A stretch of DNA of 64,000 nucleotides from Octopus vulgaris. Its lineage: Eukaryota. The stretch is taken from NCBI GenBank assembly GCA_951406725.2, contig OX597816.1, forward strand, positions 55,366,001 through 55,430,000, read 5' to 3'. The translations under genes and the position numbers were made by a program. A model generated the notes under the pieces. That model saw only the letters and a list, made by a program, of their open reading frames with translations. It was not told where the DNA came from and made no database searches. Every line of letters begins with the position of its first letter. Position 1 is the first letter of the stretch. This document shows positions 40,416-55,159 of the stretch, piece after piece.

Positions 40416-41999
40416 GTACATACACACCCACAAACAGCCACACAATACATACACATACATGTATGAATTGCCATATTCATATGTATGCATATATGTCTAT
40501 ACGAGTGTATGTATAATTATGTGAGTGAATATGTATCTGAGAATTAATAATGTGAAATGAAGCGTTGTCTTCCAATAAATTCCTACCTTCGGTGTAAGTG
40601 AATTTCGATTCCGCTGAAGGGAGTGCAGCGCCAGAGGACAAGTTTTTACTCCCAAAACAAGCAGCAAAGAGTTACCGACCACTGCTTACATACATATACT
40701 TGTTTATATATATTCTGCTACATTGACGTGGTTCTTATTTATACGAGTGATTTAAATATTGCAAACAAGTATTTAAGAAGCAAAACTGGGAAAATTATCA
40801 AATATAGGGATTCATGTTAGTGAAGATTGCCTTGAGACGAAATAACGATTTTGTTTTAAGTCAGGTGTACAAATATAAAAAGAAATAGATTTTGAAAACT
40901 GTAAAGAAAAAAAAGGTAATAGGTTTATTATCGGAACGAATTTCTGGAATGAATGAAATAATTACATTACAGCACCAGTGGATAAAAAGGCGGACAATTG
41001 AGGCAGTATTTGTGAAATTGCTATTCAGTGGTATTTAGCTGTGAATAATGGTTTGAAGATGATTTTAACTCTCAAGGAAATTGTACTTTTATGGTAGGGT
41101 CTGACAATATGAATGATTCAATAAGGAAACTGATACACAAATTTGAATGGTTGAGTGGCTTGTCTAAGGTTTCCTATAAAGAGTACATTTATTGCTTGTG
41201 CCAGGAAGTGTACCAATAAGCAGCTGGCTGATCGCATTACAAAACGAGGTATTAAAAATTTTGAAGTCGTCCCTTATGAGTTATGACGAAAGAATGTCTT
41301 GCAATCCATGAGTTAACTTATTTTGGAGTTTTAGCCCCTGTAACGAATTTTTATGTAAACTGCAAAAGATGGTGGTTTGGGCGATGTGTGTCTATGATCT
41401 CTCTACATATCCTAATATGTACATCTACTAATATACTAATCTAGAATTGCGATGGGGAGAAGAAAGTATATCTAAATTATTGAAATGGTGTTTAATAAAG
41501 GTTATACAGGTATTTAATAAGGGATTATGATCTATATAATGCTAAATAATATCCTTTGTCCATTTGCAAATTTCGTAAGCAGTATAGAACGTGAAATCGC
41601 ATCATTAATATGCAACAAAGCATATTTCATGCTGAAATATTGGTGGTCGAATTAGTGGTAAACAATCAAGATTGAAAATAACAGCTCCCAGAGTTTGGAA
41701 GATCTGATAACGGAGAAACCATCAACTAATCATAGACGGAAGGGAGTCTTTATAAATATGGAAAAGGACAACTAACTTATTAAATGGACTGATGTGAGTA
41801 GAGTTGAAACAGGATGGGGAGCAAAATGTAGAGAATTTCTGAAAGATAAAGAGAACTGAATAAAGTTAAATGAAGTGGAATGTAAACATCATAAATAACG
41901 TTTGACCGCGTATATGAGATATATTGGAAGTGGTAGTAAACTGCAGACCGAATTGCCCAGTGAATTGCATAATGAAATAGAGTGAAACAGCGTAAGCAT

Positions 42000-43950
42000 C
42001 CCGCTTTATACACCTGCTTGAGATCAGAATCAAGGACGAAAGATATTTTATTAGGGTTTAAATATAAAAGAATGCAAAATGTGACAAAATCATTCTCGTA
42101 TTATCAATGTAAGCTTACAAGAATGTTAAGATTGGATCTGTTGGCTACATTAGTTAAAAGGAAACAGATGTTAAAAAGGAACTGGAAGAATGACATGAAA
42201 TGGAATTATTAGAGATAATACAACATCGCAAAGTAATAACAGCAAATACCAAATAACAGCAGAAACTTATGAGGAATAGAACAAGAGTATTGATTTTTCT
42301 ACGATCCTCAAAAACAAATTTTCGATCTCATATGAACAGAGCTCAATATGAGGTTTTCATGCACGAGATCAAAGTAGCGAGCCTAAGCTTCTAATAATGA
42401 CACTAAAATTGAAGCTGAAATCATTCAAGAAGAGCAGAAATTAAAGCAGAAAATACTTTGAAAGAATTTAACACCGGAATATCAAAGCAAAATTTTAATC
42501 ATGGATGCAAAGAAAATGTTCACTCTTATGTAAATGCTCAAGAATTAACAGAAGCATTTGAAGAGGTAATAACAACAGTCAACAGAATCCTTAGTAAAGA
42601 AAATAAACTTAGGAATCTTTGGTTAAATAATATTTTAATCAGTTGCCATGAAAGAATGGCACCAACAAGGGAAACGATATGGAAGCAAAATAGAAGGAAC
42701 GGAATGTAAAGTTGGCGATATAAAAGTCAAAATGAAAATTATGTGAGTAAATGATGACAGGACTAAGAGTTAGGGGAATAAGAAGACCATTTAGAGAAAA
42801 TACGTGAAGAAAATATAAAGAAATATTTACAGATGTAATCAGAGAATACGAATACGTAGCCATATATCTGATGAAAATATGCATTGCAACCTATCACTCA
42901 TTGTAAAATGATTAAGTGATCGATGAAGTAAATAGTGAAAAAATATTTACAATATATACAAGGTAGATGTTTAGAGTGAAAAAGGAGAAGTGAATAGAAA
43001 AATGGTAAAAACATTAAGAAAGAAACAAAAAAAGACTCCTTTGATATAAGGATACAGAAATCACTTTCGCAACAGTGAAATAAACAATTAAAAGAAAAAA
43101 ATTAATGAATCCCTTGAAAGTGATACGAGAAAGTATGGTCTACGTCAGTCTATCGCAGGGATTATTGGTAAAACTTGCTGTGATATTTCAGTACCGAAGA
43201 ATGATCCAGCAAATAATCAGAAAATAATTATAATATCACAGCTAAAGAAGTGAACACCAACATGTATGTCAACCGTGCAGTCAGCTTAAATTGCTATCCA
43301 TGTCAGGTTTTGCAATGAAAATGACAGCTACGTAAGCAAAGTTTCCTTGATCAAAACTAAATAATAATAACGACAGTTAGGAAAAACAGGCAAGTTTCCA
43401 AAGAAACACTCCAGAGCAGATTTGTAAACTTAATATGATGTTTACAACAAATTAGTCGATTTAAAGAAAATGTTTGAGTGTTTATCATATGTTATGAACT
43501 ATGAGAAAATAAAATAAAAGCCTACCTGTAATTAATGCTATAAAGTCATTATATGAAAGTGTGAAAGGTGTGGCCTGGGTTGAGAATTGGCCATATTATT
43601 GGTTTAAGACCACCGATGGCGTCAAACAAGATTGAGTTCTATTGCTTTTTTGACATGTTTTAAAATAAGTAATGGTCAAACGCTTGACACTTGTCGAAGC
43701 AAATATTGAAATAAGAAATAGAGAGGAAAGTCATATTCAATTTACTGGACACAAGTGAGAACGTTGATAGGTAATAACTTCTCGATACAAATTCCCGTGA
43801 AAAAGTAATGTCAATAATGATGGAAACATTTTAATAATAATACAAACTAAAAGAGCATAACTAGCCCAATTGAAACAACAAGGGAGGCAATCAAATAAGC
43901 TGATGACTAATTAATTTGGGAAGACAATAAAGGAATATTTAAATGTCGGA
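42000..43950 (+). mobile_element. Possible ancient LINE relic (RTE-like)
   Basis: Purine-rich strand; DGVKQD (GVxQG-like) near 43616; YR.ISLSQ-like near 43053; boundaries uncertain. Confidence 0.35.
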
Positions 43951-44322
43951 TTAAAGCTAGCAGAGACTCTGTGTGTGTGTGTGTGTGGAAAATTAGTTTC
44001 TCAGCGATAGGCATTTCAGCATGATTTCAAAGTGTGTAGTGATAAATCATGTAGAAAGGGAGAAAAATCAGAAGAGAAATATAGAGAAAAACTGTTTCTT
44101 CTTCCATATTTTGAATATTGAACTAATATAAGTATCGGGCGGGGGGGGGGATGTTCTTAAGTTCGAACCACTTATGTCATTTATCAAAGTACAAAACAAA
44201 GATGAAAAGCTCAGGATTCCATGATATACTACCTATAGTAAATACAGTAATGTGAGGAACAATATGGTTAAGTGGTAGAGAAAGAGGAGGAACCGAGTGG
44301 ATAAGCAAAATCAGAGTGTGGG

Positions 44323-44323
44323 G

Positions 44324-44359
<36 letters not shown>

Positions 44360-44471
44360 AGAGAGAAATAGCGATAGAGAGAGATTGAGAGAGAAAGAAA
44401 GAGAGAGATAGGAAGAGAAAGAGAGAGAGAAAGAGAAAGAGAGAGCGAGATAGAAAGATAGATATATAGAT

Positions 44472-44506
<35 letters not shown>

Positions 44507-44703
44507 TAGAGAGAGAGAAAGAGAGAGAGATAGGAAGAGAAAGAGAGAGAGATAGAGACAGAGATAGAGAGAGAGAAAGAGAGAGAGATAGGAAGATGTG
44601 GATAGAGAGAAAGAGAAAGAGAGCGAGATAGAAAGGTAGATAGATAGATAGGAAGAGAAAGAGAAAGAGAGAGAGAGAAAGAGAAATAGAGAGCGAGAGA
44701 GAA

Positions 44704-44765
<62 letters not shown>
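44323..44765. repeat. (GATA)/(GA)-rich compound microsatellite
   Basis: Direct reading. Confidence 0.95.
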
Positions 44766-44766
<1 letters not shown>

Positions 44767-44869
44767 ATTGAAAACATGAAGTGTTTGGTGAGCGGCAAAG
44801 ATAACGGTGCGGTTGAGTCTTTTGTATAGCATTTTCAGCTTCACCCGTCTGTGATTTTTTTCATTCAGT

Positions 44870-45040
44870 GTAAGATAGAATATTTGAAGATTATTTACAT
44901 TATTTACATTTGATGGATATTTGTTCTCATGTTTGTTGTTAACACAACGTTTCATCTGATATACCCTCCAGCCATCATCAGGTATCTTGGGGAAATTTCG
45001 AACCTGGGTCCTCATTCCTAAGGTATTTTTCGATTTTATC
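44870..45040 (-). mobile_element. PLE terminal repeat 3' half with HHR core (44941-44986)
   Basis: gatac CTGATGA tggctg..cagat GAAA cg TT gtgtt. Confidence 0.8.
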
Positions 45041-45058
45041 ATTATTATTATTATTATT

Positions 45059-45612
45059 GAGTGAGAGAGCAGTGCATGCCATCAAAGTGACACTGGGGTA
45101 AAATATACGAAGCCCAATATACTTATCATGACTACCCGTCTGATAAAGGTACACCAGGCACATGCATCACAACCATATGTGCGCGACATGGTGATCTCAT
45201 ATCAAGATAAACAGCACATGACCTTGCAGGTGGGGCCCAGCTAGAATTTTCTTCAGGTTGAGTAGCCCATCCCGCTCAAAAGGTCCCTGAATAAGGGTTG
45301 TTTGAGGATGTTGAAAGAACCACCCTTGTTTCCAAAGGTGAATTATTCAAACCCCAAAGAATCCCTCTCAACACATGGCTATGATGCTCCCCCACTACTT
45401 CTGCTCGTGATCAGAGATGCACATATCGTCAGCCACTAAGGGACACGCTCAACTGCTTAAGGTCAAACAACTGACAAGCAAATCTGTGGTATTGAGCAGA
45501 ATATTTGCTGTAGCCCATCTTTTATACCAAGACAAAACAATGTACATGATAACACTTCCAATCAGTTAAGATCAGAAGCCATGAGGGCCACTGCCTGGTA
45601 CTGCATCAGGGC
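45059..45612 (-). mobile_element. 554-bp element, copy 3
   Basis: Reverse complement of 51107-51660; (ATT)n on both sides. Confidence 0.88.
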
Positions 45613-45615
45613 ATC

Positions 45616-45666
<51 letters not shown>

Positions 45667-45669
45667 GAC

Positions 45670-45721
<52 letters not shown>

Positions 45722-46195
45722 GCCTTTGCTCAGATTCCAACGCCGGAGATGTACTACAGTGTCGGCTGTTCACTACCAGTGAACTAAGGTAACACTTCTT
45801 ATTTTTCGAGCACATTCCGGAGTATTCGAGCGGTCCCAAGCAATGTCGTTTTCTGCAAGTGCTCCACCCTTATTGCAGCCCCTATTTGTTCCACGCACTT
45901 CTCGAGATTTTTGCTCATTGTTCCCAGGACTCCGACAATTATTGGTCCTACGGCTTTCTTTTTCATCGACCACCACTGCTTAACTTCAAGCTAACCTGTG
46001 ATATCTCTCAACTTTTCTTTCTTCCTTACCGCATAAATTGTTGTCAGCTGGGCATGCTATATCTATGATCCAGCATAGTTTGGTTTCTTTCTCAATTAAG
46101 ACTATTTCCGGCTTCCTATTCTCTAACTCAAATGTCGCACTGAATCCCATAGGATCTTTGCATTTCCATTTTCGACGATGCCTTCAGATTTATGG
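45722..46195 (-). mobile_element. R4/Dong-like 3' fragment
   Basis: EGIVENGNAKILWD, ENRKPEIVLIEKE, ALAENDIAWDRSN (frameshifted LQKTTLLGTARILR); ends at a TAA tract. Confidence 0.75.
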
Positions 46196-46268
46196 TCTGG
46201 AATCGAACTCGGAATCTTGGGGTTAGTAGCCCGCGCTCTTAACCACTACACCATATGCCCGTGGGCAT
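46196..46268 (-). promoter_or_regulatory. tRNA-like head of the PLE terminal repeat
   Basis: gggcatatggtgtagtggttaagagcgcgggctactaaccccaagattccgagttcgattcc. Confidence 0.75.
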
Positions 46269-47567
46269 ATACATGGAAGAGGTGGTTCCTCAGTTCAAGA
46301 TAGGTGGATTTAGAAACAAAGACGGTTATCCGGCTCCAAATATTGACCAGAAATACACTATCTACTAAATAAGTGTTATTCCATTCACAGCTAAAGTCAG
46401 CAAATTACATTTGTCACAGACAATTTAAATCCAAAGAATGAGCTACTTTTAATCGAAAATTTACCATAAAATGTGCCAAGAAATCTTCCTTTGTTCAGCA
46501 TTTTTATTCCGTAAACATTTGATCAAGTTCCTTTTGTCGAGGGAAAATATATCGAAGAGGGATAATTGTGATTTTCAAAGCGAGAAAAGCTAACTGTAAG
46601 GAAATAATTTTGAAAATGAATTGTAAGAGCTAATAAAATTATAGCATGTTTGAATATTGGTTAGATACACAATACAAAATAAGAATATAATCAATGCTGA
46701 GGCATAATGCTTAGTTCTTCTAAGTGGAAATATTATAAACAATAAAACAATTTCAATGAATTTCATTCAACTTATTTATTGGACATGGTTGTGTAATTTA
46801 GAAATAGATGAGTAACAATAAATTATATTATAGATTCTAGTGTGTTTTTTATTATATGAAATTAAATTGGTACTCACTCAAGAAATGTGTTTTATGCAGA
46901 TGGCGACCCTAAGTAACTTGCTGCAGTATTCTCAGAACTTAATGTCTGTTATTAATACAGCAGTATTCCATATTGTTGCAATCCCTGATCGAGAAGACCT
47001 CTAACTAAATATAACAGTAATTAGAAATATAACGTAAATAGAAACTATCTATCTATATATCTATGTATCTCTCTCTCTCTCAATATATATATATATATAC
47101 ATGAATAGACACATACATCTATATAACCCCCATACACGCGCGCACACACACACACACACACATATACGTTTATAATATGTGTGTATGTGTGTCTATAGGA
47201 CAATTATTTACTGCTGCACGAAACCTTTAGATATGATAGACTAATCCAGTTAATGAACTCTGAAAACAGACTCTACATTAATTTGTTTCATGTTGACCAT
47301 TGGCTGTTGGGCAATCGTTCACATAACAGGACTGTGATTCTTTCGACGCGACAGGCGCACCAGCGTAAATAAAAGACAGCGTCTAAGAAACCTTTCAAAA
47401 ACTCACCCAGAAGTCGATTGTTACAAATATAGTTACAAAATCTACTGTTCTGTTGGTGGACATAACATCAGACAAAGAATTTCTATAATTACTGCATCTT
47501 GGGGCAACAGAAAAGATTAGCGCCAAATTAAAAGAGTCGAGTAAGATACACCATCCGATGTATATCC

Positions 47568-47615
<48 letters not shown>

Positions 47616-47754
47616 ATCTATAGTTGTGTGGACTAATATGGCAATATGCCTTCTTGGATAACACTAATTCTCAAAATAAAATTCTATAAACAGGCAAATA
47701 TATTGAAATATATTTAAAACCATTCGGAAACCCACACCTCCAGCTCACCCTGAC

Positions 47755-47857
<103 letters not shown>

Positions 47858-47897
47858 CATACATATATATATGTGTGTGTGTGTGTCCATACATATG

Positions 47898-47931
<34 letters not shown>

Positions 47932-47939
47932 CATGAGTG

Positions 47940-48242
47940 AAGGTGCGTGGTTTAGTGATTCGGGCATTCGACTCACGATCGTAAGGTCGTGAGTTCAATT
48001 GCCGGCGACGCGTTGTGTCCTTGAGCAAGACACTTTATTCCACGTTGCTCCAGTCTACTCAGCTGGCAAAAACGAGTTGTACCCGTATTTCAAAGAGCCA
48101 GCCTTGTCACACTCTGTGTCACGCTCTATCTCCCTGACAACTATGTTAATGGTACACACGTATGTGGAGTAATCAGCCACTTGCACTTTAATTTCACGAT
48201 CAAGCTGTTCTTTTGAGGGTATAAACTAGGATATTCATCGTC

Positions 48243-48243
<1 letters not shown>
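47940..48243 (+). mobile_element. tRNA-derived SINE, family B
   Basis: tggtttagtg A-box; gagttcaattg B-box; homologous to 17867. Confidence 0.85.
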
Positions 48244-48280
<37 letters not shown>

Positions 48281-48326
48281 GAAATAAGTCAAAAATAGAA
48301 AATGCTAAAATAATTTTACAAAGAAC

Positions 48327-48378
<52 letters not shown>

Positions 48379-48438
48379 ATGCATATATATATATTATATA
48401 TATATATAATATATATATATATATATAATATATATATA

Positions 48439-48587
<149 letters not shown>

Positions 48588-50181
48588 GTCTATAACAATA
48601 TTTGGCAGAAGTCACAGTGTAGCATCGACGGAGAATTTATTGCGATACCTCTTATAGCCATACCGTTATATATATATATATATATAAGTGCATGTATGTG
48701 TGTGTGTCCATACATACTTATGTATGAGGGTGTAGAGTTTTCTCTCCCCTTTTATAAACATTCCATTATTATGTTTATTTTCAATCAATAACCTTAATTT
48801 AACAATTACGCGTCCCCGCCCATACACAAACACAGCCACACCAACATATCGGGCGTATATTATATAATATATGAGCACACACACGCACTGATGCGCACAC
48901 ATTCACACAGAGTCGAGTCCAAAAGGGAGGAGCAATACAGAAATGATATAAAGATATAAACATTTTACCAACCACACAGAATATGCGCTCAGGTACACAC
49001 ATGCACACAAGAATACACTCATACATGTAGACACACATACACATTCTCTGCGATACACATACTCGGAGAACAAGCCACAGGTGATGAATGGCGATGAGAG
49101 GATTTTGACCAGCATAGCTGATTGGTTTTGCGTTTCAATTTGGCTTACAACATTCGTGATGCGAATTCCTATGTGGAAACAAATCTTTTGGAGTGTTGGT
49201 TGGGTCACTACGTCAATAATAACAACACACGCACTGGTTCAATATCTAACCAACAATCTAATCCATCGTTTATTTAATGTGTTGGTTAAACATTGAATTG
49301 CCTGTTTGTATACATACATACATACATGCATACATACATACGTACATACATACATACATACATACATACATACATACATACATACACAAACATGTATTTT
49401 TGGGGGTAGATAGATACGCGAAAATACAGAACAGGTTTTACGATAAAAACTCAAACTACAGCAAGTGATGATCAATTAATTAATGATAACCTGCGAGTGT
49501 CTTGTCTTATATTAAATGATGTTGATGGGATGAATGTGTTAAAATCAACTCTAAATATAATCGCACCAAATTCATTCTTTTTTACAGTAAAGGTCAAAGC
49601 CATCAAGTTATAATTTAGATGGAAGAAGTCTTTTATGTGCATCTTTTTCTCAGTCTAGTGTCGGCCATAAATTGTGTGGGATTATAACTGAAAAAAGGCG
49701 TACAAGTGAAACTAGCAATGTTGCACACGGTGATCACGTGTCTATTTTGAACTAAAGTCTATTTTGGACCAAAATCTGTGAATACAACATGACAAAATCG
49801 CTCTCAGTTAATATAGTTGCTTCATAACTTTATCGTTTCAGAGAGGAAAGAAACTGGAAATTGTTTCCGTTGTTTAACATTTTCTTCAATGTATCATAAT
49901 ATCTTTTATCAGCCAGACTCTTATATTTTTTTTTTTTACATAATTAAAGTTTGTTGCTTCCGTTCTGTATAATAAATATTGATAATCAGCTTCCGACACG
50001 TTATCAGTAGAGAGAAAGAAACCAAATCAAAAGCTACATACTGAATTATATAATGTTTCGAAAAAGTGTCTTCAGCCAAATATGGAAGATAAGGAAACAG
50101 AAAGAAGGTGACGAATAAGCGGCAAGAGGTTTTGAGATGAAAATAGCATAATTCTGAATATAGTCAAAGTAGGCTTATGTT

Positions 50182-50229
<48 letters not shown>

Positions 50230-50470
50230 AATATATAAATAAGGATAATATCGATATTTAAATATCGATATTATCAAGTGGCCAGCATGGGAATAAATAC
50301 CATACAAAGGTAATAATTTTTTTCAACTATAAGTAAGGGTGTCTGAGAGACACCACCATGCCGAAATAGCAGTCAAATCCCTGACTCTAAAAAACACTTT
50401 AAATGTTCATATCGCACCATGAGATAAGACACAGGGACAAAATAGACTAGCAAAAATATATTCCTGAATA

Positions 50471-50529
50471 ATTCAAGATCCTGGATTTCTAGCTTTGCTT
50501 CAAATAAGCTCTGCTTTCATCAGTTGAAT
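50471..50529 (-). ncRNA. Type I hammerhead ribozyme motif
   Basis: attcaa CTGATGA aagc..gcta GAAA tcc a gga TC ttgaat; (TA)n lies ~250 bp downstream. Confidence 0.75.
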
Positions 50530-50683
50530 ATATCAGATGGGCACATAAATATAAATATATATATATACAGAACACACGTTATACTTACATATACGAAAGT
50601 CCATACATACATATATATGCACGTATGTACAAGGCCAGTTCAAACAGATCTTTATGGCAAGCACTGATCCCTCACTGAAAAAT

Positions 50684-50906
50684 AATAATGGTTTCAAGTT
50701 TTTGCACAGGGCCAGCAAGTTCGGGGTACGGAGTAAGCTGATTACATTGGCTTCTCCCAGTGTTCAATTGGTACCTATTTTATCGACTGCGAAATGATGA
50801 AAGGCAAAGTTGACCTCGGCAGAATTTGAACTCAGAACGTAGCATCAGACGAAATGCTGCAAAGCATTTCGCCCGGCGTGCTGACGATTCTGCCAGCTCA
50901 CCGCCT

Positions 50907-50907
<1 letters not shown>
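50684..50907 (-). mobile_element. SINE family D with an alternative tail
   Basis: Head/body homologous to 2171; tail as in the older SINE at 30380-30420. Confidence 0.8.
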
Positions 50908-50966
<59 letters not shown>

Positions 50967-50989
50967 ACTTACCGCTACTGCTCTTCTTG

Positions 50990-51041
<52 letters not shown>

Positions 51042-51106
51042 AACTACTATTACTACTACTACTACTACTAATAATAATGATAATAATAATAATAATAATA
51101 ATAATT

Positions 51107-51660
51107 GCCCTGATGCAGTACCAGGCAGTGGCTCTCATGGCTTCTGATCTTAACTGATTGGAAGTGTTATCATGTACATTGTTTTGTCTTGGTATAAAAG
51201 ATGGGCTACAGCAAATATTCTGCTCAATACCACAGATTTGCTTGTCAGTTGTTTGACCTTAACCAGTTGAGCATGTCCCTTAGTGGCTGACGATATGTGC
51301 ATCTCTGATCACGAGCAGAAGTAGTGGGGGAGCATCATAGCCATGTGTTGAGAAGGATTGTTTGGGGTTTGAATGATTCACCTCTGGAAACATGGGTGGT
51401 TCTTTCAACATCCTTAAACAACCCTTATTCAGAGACCTTTTGAGCGGGATGGACTACTCAACCTGAAGAAAATTCTAACTGGGCCCCACCTGCAAGGTCA
51501 TGTGCTGTTTATCTTGATATGAGATCACCATGTCGCGCACATATGGTTGTGATGCATGTGCCTGGTGTACCTTTATCAGACGGGTAGTCATGATGGGTAT
51601 ATTGGGCTTCGTATATTTTACCCCAGTGTCACTTTGATGGCATGCACTGCTCTCTCACTC
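51107..51660 (+). mobile_element. 554-bp element, copy 4
   Basis: Homology; (AAT)n on both sides. Confidence 0.88.
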
Positions 51661-51679
51661 AATAATAATAATAATAATA

Positions 51680-52575
51680 AAAACTAAAACAGCAAAGAAC
51701 CATGATAAAATGATGGCAAGAAAAACCCCTTCACGGTAAATACTGGACTAAACTAAATGCAAAAGAAATAGACAAAGAAAAATCCCAGCAATGGTTGAGA
51801 AGCTCAGGACTCAAAGCAGAGACAGAGGGATTTTTAATTGCAGCACAAGACCAAAGCCTCCCTACCAGAAATTACCAAAAACATGTAATGAAAAGAAATA
51901 TAACAAGTAACTGCAGAATATGTGGAGATGGACAAGAAACAATAAATCATATTATCTCTGGCTGCCCAGTCCTGGCTAAGAAGGAATATATTCACAGACA
52001 TGACAGAGTTGGAACCTACATACACTGGAAGCTATGCCAACATTATAGAATAACAACAGAAAAAAGATGGTATAGGCACACACCAGAAAAGGTCACAGAA
52101 AACGAAAAAGCAACCATACTTTGGGATATGCCGATACACACAGATAGAGAAATTAAGGCCAACAGACCAGATATAGTTGTCAGAGATCATGAAGAAAAAA
52201 ATGCTTTCTAATTGATGTATCAATACCGGCAGATGACAACGTATCTCTAAAAGAAATGGAGAAACTTTCAAAATACAAAGACCTGGAAATGGAGGTAACC
52301 AGAATGTGAAATCTAAAAACAGAAACAATTCCTATCATAGTAGGTGCATTAGGCATGATAAAAAAATATTCAGACAAATACATAACAAAAACACCAGGAA
52401 TTACAAACACATATAACATACAGAAAATTACACTACTAGGCACTGCACACATCCTACGCAGAACACTTTCCATACAATAACCATCAGAGCATCACAACAA
52501 ATCACAGCACATACCCAAGGCACACAGAGCTGCGCTCGGTAGTGAAGTGAAAGCACGCTATGAAAAATAAAACTA

Positions 52576-52579
<4 letters not shown>
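51680..52579 (+). mobile_element. R4/Dong-like 3' fragment (Zn knuckle + REL endonuclease + UTR)
   Basis: GLKAETEGFLIAAQDQ, CRIC..HIISGC, RHD, RPDIV; (AAT)n on both sides. Confidence 0.92.
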
Positions 52580-52645
<66 letters not shown>

Positions 52646-52671
52646 GTAATAATAATAATAATAATAATAAC

Positions 52672-52712
<41 letters not shown>

Positions 52713-53343
52713 GAAGAAGAAGAAGAAGAAGCAAAAGAATGATAATGAGCCATCTCTATTACGTAATAATAAGAGTGATTGATGAAAAATTATTGGACAA
52801 CAATATATGTATATATGTGCCTGTTCGTTTTATATGCGCACAGTTGAGTAAACTTTCCCTCGCAAATTGCGCCATAAATATTTATGTATTTATACATTTC
52901 TGTTTCTGTAAATCATGAAATACAATCTATTTATATTTCTGACAGACAGACGACACGGCGTGCCGAGCCAGATAAATAGTGATCCAATCGAATGTGATCG
53001 AACTTTGTCGATCGAAACACGTCAAGGAGCTATTTGTTGAACAATAGTAATCAGATATATTAATCAGGAAATAGATACGAACCATAGGAACAGACCTAGG
53101 CAGCATTCCACTTCTAGTTACATTAAATTGATAGTTTAAATTTATATGTGGATTAAAAGAAATGAACATTGATATTCCCTTAATAAATGTTCATATGTGT
53201 GTGTGTGTCTGTGTGTGTGTATGTGTTTGTGTGTGTGCGTGTGTGTGTGCATGTGTCTGTGAGTATGTATATATGTGTGCATATATACATATATAGATGT
53301 TTCGCATATAAATACATACACATATGTACACATACATACACCC

Positions 53344-53420
<77 letters not shown>

Positions 53421-53544
53421 TGGTGTATACAAAAATTAACGCACTGATGATTACAGTTAGACAGAAATGTTTCTCGGCACGAAATCGCTTTGCATGTGAA
53501 TCGGATCCTAATTCATTGCTTACTCATATACATGTATAAATGTG

Positions 53545-53615
<71 letters not shown>

Positions 53616-55159
53616 TCATGGAAGAAGGAAACGCGTTGTAAAATGAGATCCAGTTTGGCTCTGTGGGCTGTAATTCCCAAATAAAAATAGATTTCTCAAT
53701 AAATGCAGAAAAATCATACTTATAGACACACTCAAACACGCGTAGAAACACACTCACATAGATACATCTACATACATTCCGCGTTAAACGGTCGCCAACA
53801 TATACACTAATCAAATTGTCGGAGTCGATGTTATCGAATTTAGCCTTTAAATACTTTGACTGGGGAAAACTAAAGTCAGTAAAAGAACTAAAGAAAACTG
53901 ATCACAGGCACACACACACACATACACACACACACATACACACCCACACATGCACAACCACATACACACACAAATACACACAGAGACACATGGACAGGCA
54001 TTCACACACATACACACATACACACACACACTGACACATACACACGCTCACAGAAACACACACATACATACACACTTACACATACATACACACATACACA
54101 TACAGAGACACACAAGCACACACTCACATATACACACAGAGAGTAGTTTGAATCGACATAAAATACATAACGAGAACGTAATATGTTTCTACTGTTTAAC
54201 ATTCTTTCTACCACAATGTTCATCAGATAAATATTACAAAAGCTCTTCAGCTATTGTGCCACCCAAAGCTCATTTAGATAATTTATCTTTGTGTCAATTC
54301 CTTTCCTCTCTTCATTAGCAGTGATCATAGGACCGAATCAGCGATCAAAGGTCCGTATACCTTACACACAACGTAGTACGTCCACCTCTCTGAAGTTGGC
54401 TGAAAAGGTCAGCGGATCCCATTTGAATGTAGTCATCTGGATTCTTTATTCCTTTTACTGTCACTATTGTCACCAAGGGCTTAAAACATTTTTAGTGGCG
54501 ATTAATAAAAGTCCTGGCAACTGTCGAATGTTTCGTGGCGATATTTAAGTATTTCGTCGATTCTATATGGCATTTCGTGCATCACATAACGGACAGTTTT
54601 CCGTTAATTTTCCTTTAGCTACCACATATAATTTGACAAAGAAGTTTTATTCGCTAGTTCATGTTTCTGAAGAAAGCAGCGTCGACTGTGTATTTTGTTT
54701 AAAATCGCTCTTCATAAAGCAGCTTGCCACAGCAATTTCAATAACCAATTAAAAAAGAAGCCGTCTAACGAATTCTCGAAGACAGCACACGCACCAGTAA
54801 CATTAATATCATTGTAAAGACAATTTAACGTAACTAATATTACTTGTTGAAGAGAAAAAAATCCCACGAAAAAGCCATGAGTTATCTTGTTTGCGTGACT
54901 TTACGATGCACATGACAGAAAATGTTTTGTCCAAAATTAAATTCATTTCATATGAAGATGATGGATTTTGAAGGAAGGAATCTGTTTACGCACTTAAACG
55001 CATACAAGTTACTAATAATGCGTTCTATTGGTCTATTTTTTACATTGAATAGCGTCACATCTTTTGATAAGAAATGAGTATTTACAAAATTATACATCAC
55101 CATTTCTGTTACCATGTTGCAAATGAACACATTATTCACAAAGAAAATTTTAAAATATA

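Noticed and set aside
49080-49125. C/D-box snoRNA-like gtgatga..ctga
   Set aside because: Too short, no terminal stem
51107-51180. Hammerhead or HDV ribozyme at the 5' end of the 554-bp element
   Set aside because: ctgatgc is not the HHR core and lacks a GAAA partner; no HDV double pseudoknot could be assembled by eye
54290-54550. Unique moderately GC-rich stretch as a coding exon
   Set aside because: No recognisable peptide or convincing splice pair
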